DNA from: Candidatus Eiseniibacteriota bacterium
GTDB lineage: Bacteria > Eisenbacteria > RBG-16-71-46 > CAZAMP01
NCBI GenBank assembly: GCA_965224245.1
Contig: OZ245046.1
Coordinates: forward strand, 3,968,001 to 4,032,000
DNA length: 64,000 nucleotides
Direction: 5' to 3'
Positions 58,615 to 64,000 of the stretch are shown one piece after another (the first letter of the stretch is position 1; every line of letters begins with the position of its first letter). A program made the translations under genes and the position numbers. The notes below the pieces were generated by a model, which saw only the letters and a list, made by a program, of their open reading frames with translations, was not told the DNA's origin and did not search any database.

Positions 58615-58643
58615 GTCATAACCGGCAAGTGCCCGTATGTCAA
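58615..58643 (-). promoter_or_regulatory. Possible sigma70 promoter for spoVG
   Basis: TTGACA(58643-58638), 17 nt, TATGAC. Confidence 0.4.
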
Positions 58644-58949
58644 CCGCCTGCGATGTTCGAAGGCGAATGATGCCACAGTCGCCGGTCCACTTAGCAAGCC
58701 ATTTCTAACCGCCCCTCTCGTTTGGGGTATTCGCACACTTCGCAACGTGTTAGCGATCTCGACGCTCGGTCGACATCCACCGTCGCTCGCGCGTGACCGA
58801 ACGATGTTCGCCTCGTGCCCCGCGCCTTCTGCTGTCGCGGCCAGGCCGGGTGTGGTATGAGTTGCGGCACTCCTTCGACCTCGTCAAGTCTCTGTCCGCG
58901 CCGCGCGCCCGTGCTGTCCACGGCGCGCTCCTCGAACGACACGGAGCCG

Positions 58950-60071
58950 ATGCACACGATGTGGTCAGGTCATGGATGGGAGCCGTCGCCAGGTCGAGCG
59001 TTCGCCGCGTGCGCGGCGGCGATCGGGCTCGCGCTGTGCGGGTGTGCCGTCGACGGCACCGTCACCGTTCGCAACAGCTCGGGGACCGAGTTCCTGGGGA
59101 CCCTGAACGGGTTCGGCTTCGCGCTATCGGGAAGCGAGTCGATCGAGATCCCGGTCAAGATCGGCACGCGCATGCTGTTCATCGGTCCGGACACGAAGGA
59201 GGTCACGATCGAGGGCGAGTCGTGCACGCGCACGCCGTTCTCGGACGTGATCCGCGTCAGGAGCGGCGACACCGTCGTCTACGAGATCGAGCCCGACGCC
59301 TCGTGCATCGTGTGGCGAAACGACGCCCAGTCCGCCGACGTCACCAGTGCGTTCCGGCGCGACGCCGGCCCGCTCCAGGGCGCATCGATCGTCGAGGAGG
59401 CGGGGACGCCGGTCGGCACGATGGTCCGCCACTTCACCTCCCCGATCGTCGGGGCGCCGGCGGCCGTCTCGCTGGAGTTCGCGTTCGCCATTCCGTTCGG
59501 CGGCTCACGCGAGGGGAGCACGTTCGACGTGGTCCTGTATGCACACGACGCCGCGTCGAACGGTCCCGGCGAGGAGCTCGCGAGGCGAACCGGGCTCGTG
59601 ACCGGGTTCCTCGAGGAGGCGCCCGACTTCACGATCGTCAAGACGGGCCTTCGCCGCGTCGAGATCCCGGCGGCCGACTTCTGGGCCGGCTTCGAGCCCC
59701 ACTGGGCAGGTGAGGATCCGGAGTGGCGGATCATGTTCGACGTCGACGGAGCCCCGCCCGCCAGGTCCGACCGACTCCTGAACGACGCGTCGGAGTGGGT
59801 GGACGTCTCGACGCTGGCCGAGTACGGCGCGCTCCGGAACCTCGGCATCCGCTGCTCGGTGGCCGAGCCGATCTGGGGCGAGAACCGCTTCGACTCACCC
59901 CTGTTCCGGTTCACGACCCTCAGCGAGCGCACGGCACCGGGACGCTACGACTTCTACATGGCCGACGACTGCGGCGACACGACGTTCGTGTTCGGGATCG
60001 ATGCACCGGCCGGCTCACGCCGGGACATCGCGCACACCGGCTCGGCGGACGGTAGCTGCGGCGGGTTCTGA
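58950..60071 (+). CDS. Multi-domain beta-rich lipoprotein of unknown function
   Basis: Lipobox ALCGC; beta-strand pattern; start either 58950 or 58959. Confidence 0.7.
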   Translation: MHTMWSGHGWEPSPGRAFAACAAAIGLALCGCAVDGTVTVRNSSGTEFLGTLNGFGFALSGSESIEIPVKIGTRMLFIGPDTKEVTIEGESCTRTPFSDVIRVRSGDTVVYEIEPDASCIVWRNDAQSADVTSAFRRDAGPLQGASIVEEAGTPVGTMVRHFTSPIVGAPAAVSLEFAFAIPFGGSREGSTFDVVLYAHDAASNGPGEELARRTGLVTGFLEEAPDFTIVKTGLRRVEIPAADFWAGFEPHWAGEDPEWRIMFDVDGAPPARSDRLLNDASEWVDVSTLAEYGALRNLGIRCSVAEPIWGENRFDSPLFRFTTLSERTAPGRYDFYMADDCGDTTFVFGIDAPAGSRRDIAHTGSADGSCGGF

Positions 60072-60077
60072 CCGGCG

Positions 60078-60794
60078 ATGGAGCTTCGCGCGGTCACGTT
60101 GCAGAGCCCCGATCCGGCGGCATCGGCCGGCTTCTACGCCGACCGGCTCGGACTCGAGACCCTCGTCGCCCGGGAGGCGGACGGCGTACGTACGCGTCAC
60201 GGGGTCGTGCTCGGTCGGTCCGTGCTGTGGTTCACGCCCGGCGATGCCGGTCCCGCCCATCACGTGGCGATGAACGTCGCCGAGCACCGGTTCGACGACG
60301 TGCTCGGGTGGATGCGCGAGCGGGTGACCGTGCTCGCCGACGATCGCGATCCGCCGTACCTGTTCGCGAGCTGGAACGCGCACTCGGCCTACTTCCTCGA
60401 TCACGACGGCAATGTGATCGAGTTCATCGCGCGACACGCGCTGCCCTCGACGTACGCCGGGCCGCCCGGGCCGGCCATCGTGGAGTCGATCAGTGAGGTC
60501 GGGCTGCCGGTGAGCGACGTCGGTCCCGCCATCGCATGGCTGTCGGCGCGGCTGGACCTGCCGCACTTCGACGTGACGGGGAATCGGTTCGGCGCCATCG
60601 GAGACCACCACGGACTGCTGATCGTGGTGCCGACCGATCGGAGCTGGTACCCGACGACGATACCGTCGCGAATCCGCCCGATCACGATCGAGACGCCGGG
60701 ACTCGAGGACGACCTCGTGGCGCTCGCGGACCACCCGTACGAGATCCGGGTCTCCGCCTCCCCGTCCGGTCGCGGACGGGGAGGCTCGAGCTGA
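60078..60794 (+). CDS. VOC/glyoxalase-superfamily protein
   Basis: FY...LG, HH.A.N, W.A.S.YF.D..GN.IEFIAR, ISE.G. Confidence 0.85.
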   Translation: MELRAVTLQSPDPAASAGFYADRLGLETLVAREADGVRTRHGVVLGRSVLWFTPGDAGPAHHVAMNVAEHRFDDVLGWMRERVTVLADDRDPPYLFASWNAHSAYFLDHDGNVIEFIARHALPSTYAGPPGPAIVESISEVGLPVSDVGPAIAWLSARLDLPHFDVTGNRFGAIGDHHGLLIVVPTDRSWYPTTIPSRIRPITIETPGLEDDLVALADHPYEIRVSASPSGRGRGGSS

Positions 60795-60810
60795 GATCCG
60801 GTCGCCCGCG

Positions 60811-62085
60811 CTAGCGGTCGGAGACGGGCACGTAGGCGCGCTCGGACGCGCCGGTGTAGATCTGGCGAGGCCGGTAGATGCGGCCGTTCGGCTCCTCGCG
60901 CATCTCCTTCCAGTGCGCGATCCAGCCCGGAAGGCGACCCAGCGCGAACATGACCGTGAACATGTTCGTCGGGATCCCCATCGCGCGGTACAGGATGCCG
61001 CTGTAGAAGTCGACGTTCGGGTAGAGCTTCCGCTGGACGAAGAACTCGTCCTTGAGCGCGATGTCCTCGAGCGTGCGTGCGATGTCGAGGAGCGGGTCCT
61101 TCACGCCGAGCTCGGAGAGCACCTCGTCGGCGGAGGCCCTCAGGAGCTTCGCGCGCGGATCGTAGTTCTTGTAGACGCGATGCCCGAAGCCCATCAGCCG
61201 GAAGCCCGAGTCCTTGTCCTTGGACATCTCGACGTACTTCTTGTAGTCGCCGCCGTCGGCCTGGATGCGCTCGAGCATCTGGATGACGGCCTGGTTGGCG
61301 CCCCCGTGGCGGGGCCCCCACAGCGCCGAGATCCCGGCCGAGATCGACGCGAAGAGACTCGCATGACTCGAGCCGACCATGCGCACGGTGGACGTGCTGC
61401 AGTTCTGCTCGTGGTCGGCGTGCAGGATCAGGAGCATCGTCAGCGCGCGCTCGACGACCGGCGAGACCGTGTACGACTCGGCGGGCACCGAGAACATCAT
61501 GTGCAACAGATCGCCGGCGTAGCTGAGATCGTTGCGCGGATAGACGTACGGCTGGCCGATCGACTTCTTGTACGAGAACGCCGCGATCGTCTTCACCTTG
61601 GCCAGGAGCCGCGTGATGTTGAGGTTCAGGATGTCGGCGTCCTCGCTCTCGGGGTAGTACGGCGAGAGCGACGTGACCATCGCGGACAGGATCGCCATCG
61701 GGTGTGCGGTCGGCGGGTAGCCCTCGAAGAACTTCTTCATGTCCTCGTGGATCATGCTGTGCCGCGTCAACCGCTCGCGGAACTCGTCGAGCTCCTTCGC
61801 CTTCGGCAGCTCTCCGTAGATCAGGAGATAGGCCACCTCGATGAAGCTCGACGCCTCGGCCAGCTGCTCGATCGGGTAGCCGCGATAGCGGAGGATGCCC
61901 TTCTCTCCGTTGATGTATGTGATGGCACTCTGGCAGGAGCCCGTGTTGCCGTATCCGGAATCGAGGGTGATCGCCCCCGAGCGGCCCCGGAGCTTCGTGA
62001 CGTCGACACCGACCTCGTTCTCGGTGCCCACCACGACCGGCAGGTCGTAGTCCGATCCGTCGATTCTGAGGGTTGCGTTTGGCAT
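60811..62085 (-). CDS. gltA: Citrate synthase
   Basis: G.L.YRGYPIEQLA, HADHEQN.STS, HGGAN, GFGHRVYK..DPR, YPNVDFYSG. Confidence 0.97.
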   Translation of the reverse strand: MPNATLRIDGSDYDLPVVVGTENEVGVDVTKLRGRSGAITLDSGYGNTGSCQSAITYINGEKGILRYRGYPIEQLAEASSFIEVAYLLIYGELPKAKELDEFRERLTRHSMIHEDMKKFFEGYPPTAHPMAILSAMVTSLSPYYPESEDADILNLNITRLLAKVKTIAAFSYKKSIGQPYVYPRNDLSYAGDLLHMMFSVPAESYTVSPVVERALTMLLILHADHEQNCSTSTVRMVGSSHASLFASISAGISALWGPRHGGANQAVIQMLERIQADGGDYKKYVEMSKDKDSGFRLMGFGHRVYKNYDPRAKLLRASADEVLSELGVKDPLLDIARTLEDIALKDEFFVQRKLYPNVDFYSGILYRAMGIPTNMFTVMFALGRLPGWIAHWKEMREEPNGRIYRPRQIYTGASERAYVPVSDR

Positions 62086-62737
62086 TTGAGGACACTCCGT
62101 GTACGGCGCGCGTCACGACTTCGGACGGAGAGAGTCTCCTCAGACGCGGCGTCGCTCGATCGGGACGCGCGCGTGTGTTTCGCGTCTGGAGGGAACAAAA
62201 AGACGCTACCACGAAACCACATCGGGGGAAAGATACGTGGTTTCCGGTATGAGACTGCGGCATGGCCACCCCACGTGGAGCCGATCCGGGTTCGACCGAG
62301 GTCCCCCGGCGACGTCTCGACGTGCCCCCGACGACGTGTGCGATGCGTGTCTCGATGCGCCGGCGACGTCGGCGGTGCGGACGTCGGCGGTCGCGAACAC
62401 GTGACCTCCGACCGCACCCCACGCCGTCGACATCCGCGTGGTCCTGCACCCGGTCACGACGCGCGCGAAACCGGATGTCCGGGACCGCCTCGGTCACGTG
62501 CCGCGGCGCCCCGCCGGTGCGGTCGTGGGGCCGGGATGGATGGAGAACGTGATCGGGCGGCGCCCGGCGGCCCCCGCGGCCGGCTCGGGGGGCCGCCCGC
62601 TCCCCACCACAGTGGCCGCCGCTCGGGCGGGAGCAGCGGAGCCCCGTTTCGGGTACACTCTTCGGCGCCGGTTGGGCACCCTGGACCGGCGAGACCTCCC
62701 ACGCGGCCGCTGGGGTTCAACTTCGAGGAGATACAGA

Positions 62738-64000
62738 GTGAACGGGCACGGTTCCGGCGTCGCGTTGGCCGCGGCGCTCGTTCTGACCACTCCCTCTCTC
62801 GCCGGGCCCGGCGACGGCTGGGACGGCGGCCTGGGGGCTCTCGCCACGGCACCGGTGACGGTCACCACCCAGGCCGCGGCGAACGCCGTGCGCGAGGGTG
62901 GCACCGTCGACGTGGCCGCGATCCTCACGATGAGCGACGGATGGCACGTCAACTCGAACCGTCCGCTCGAGGAGTGGCTCATCCCCACGGAGGTGTGGCT
63001 GGACGACTCCACGTACGTGGACGTGATCGACGTGGCCTGGCCCGAAGCCCACGAGATCGACCTCGAGTTCTCCGAGGTCCCGATGTCGGTCTTCGAGGAG
63101 CAGGCCGTGATCGGCATCCGGCTCCGCGTCCGGGACCTCGCCGCCGGCGAGACGCTCCGGCTGGAGGGCGGTGTCGGGTACCAGGCGTGCAACGATCAGA
63201 CGTGCGCGGCACCCCAGGAGGAGGCGTTCGTCTTCGTGCTTCCGGTCGTGACCGGATCCGCCTCCATCGACGCGCTCGCGCCCGACCTGTTCGCCTCCCT
63301 CGGGCTCGCCGACCCGGGCGCGCCGGGGGGAGCCGACGACGTCGATGGCGCATCCACCGACGACGGCTCGTCCGTGGGGGCGGACACGGGAACCGGCCAC
63401 GGCGCATCCGCGACCCCCGGCGACGTCGTGCCGTCCGACGAGGCGCGACCCGGCGTCGTCTCGCGCGTGAAGGAGTGGCTGAACGCGTCTCTGGCCAGCA
63501 ACTTCGGCAATCCGGTGGTCGCAGCGCTCCTGATCCTCGTGCTCGGGCTCATGTCGGCGGCCACGCCGTGCGTGTACCCGATGATCCCGATCACCGTCCG
63601 CATTCTAATGGGCCGCGGCGGCGGCAATGCCGCGCTGGGTCGCACGCACGCGTTCCTCTACTTTCTGGGCATCATCCTCATCTACGCGGTGATGGGCTTC
63701 GTCGCAGGGGCCACCGGCGGCGGGTTCAACCGGTTCATGCAGATCCCGGTGGTCATCCTGGCGTTCGCGATCCTGTTCGCGCTGCTGGGGCTGAGCATGT
63801 TCGGCCTGTTCGAGATCCAGATCCCCGCGTCGGTCGCATCCAAGGTGGACAGCTCGATGTCGTCGCGCAGCGGACTGTTCGGCACGGTGCTGATGGGGGC
63901 CGGGGCCGGGCTCGTGGTCTCGCCGTGCGTGGGACCGGTCGTCGTGTTCATCCTGACCCAGATCGCGGCCCAGATCGCGGCGGCCCAGGCCGCCGGAGGC
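62738..64000 (+). CDS. dsbD: Thiol:disulfide interchange protein DsbD (3' truncated; absent from the ORF track)
   Basis: GAGGAG RBS then GTG; DGWHVNSN, YQACNDQTC (alpha domain), TPCVYPMIPIT and SPCVGP (beta domain). Confidence 0.88.
   Translation, partial: MNGHGSGVALAAALVLTTPSLAGPGDGWDGGLGALATAPVTVTTQAAANAVREGGTVDVAAILTMSDGWHVNSNRPLEEWLIPTEVWLDDSTYVDVIDVAWPEAHEIDLEFSEVPMSVFEEQAVIGIRLRVRDLAAGETLRLEGGVGYQACNDQTCAAPQEEAFVFVLPVVTGSASIDALAPDLFASLGLADPGAPGGADDVDGASTDDGSSVGADTGTGHGASATPGDVVPSDEARPGVVSRVKEWLNASLASNFGNPVVAALLILVLGLMSAATPCVYPMIPITVRILMGRGGGNAALGRTHAFLYFLGIILIYAVMGFVAGATGGGFNRFMQIPVVILAFAILFALLGLSMFGLFEIQIPASVASKVDSSMSSRSGLFGTVLMGAGAGLVVSPCVGPVVVFILTQIAAQIAAAQAAGG

Overview
High-GC bacterial chromosomal window with no rRNA, tRNA or CRISPR that I can support. 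It is mostly housekeeping and envelope genes: trkH, oligopeptidase B, ispH, proline dehydrogenase, a two-permease RND efflux set, a Na+/H+ antiporter operon, DUF72-photolyase, acs, GT-C glycosyltransferases, a type IV pilin, an nfeD-stomatin-MoxR-VWA operon, a NatAB-like ABC pair, hflX, a rhomboid, an MltD-like LysM transglycosylase, spoVG, gltA and a window-truncated dsbD. The C-terminal SWxxIKxLY tail on one secreted protein hints at an FCB-related candidate lineage (inference only). One accessory or decayed patch lies between phrB and acs (33190-37500): an intact IS630, minisatellites, an HNH nuclease gene with two compensating frameshifts, and a TIR-domain remnant. The most unusual signals are non-coding: an orphan sigma70 promoter with a structured RNA between converging genes (986-1105), a REP/REPIN-like 259-260 bp tandem array (2700-3880), a probable AUU start for hflX, and a ~100-nt multi-stem RNA upstream of the rhomboid. 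All functional calls come from motif recognition by eye; no searches were run.
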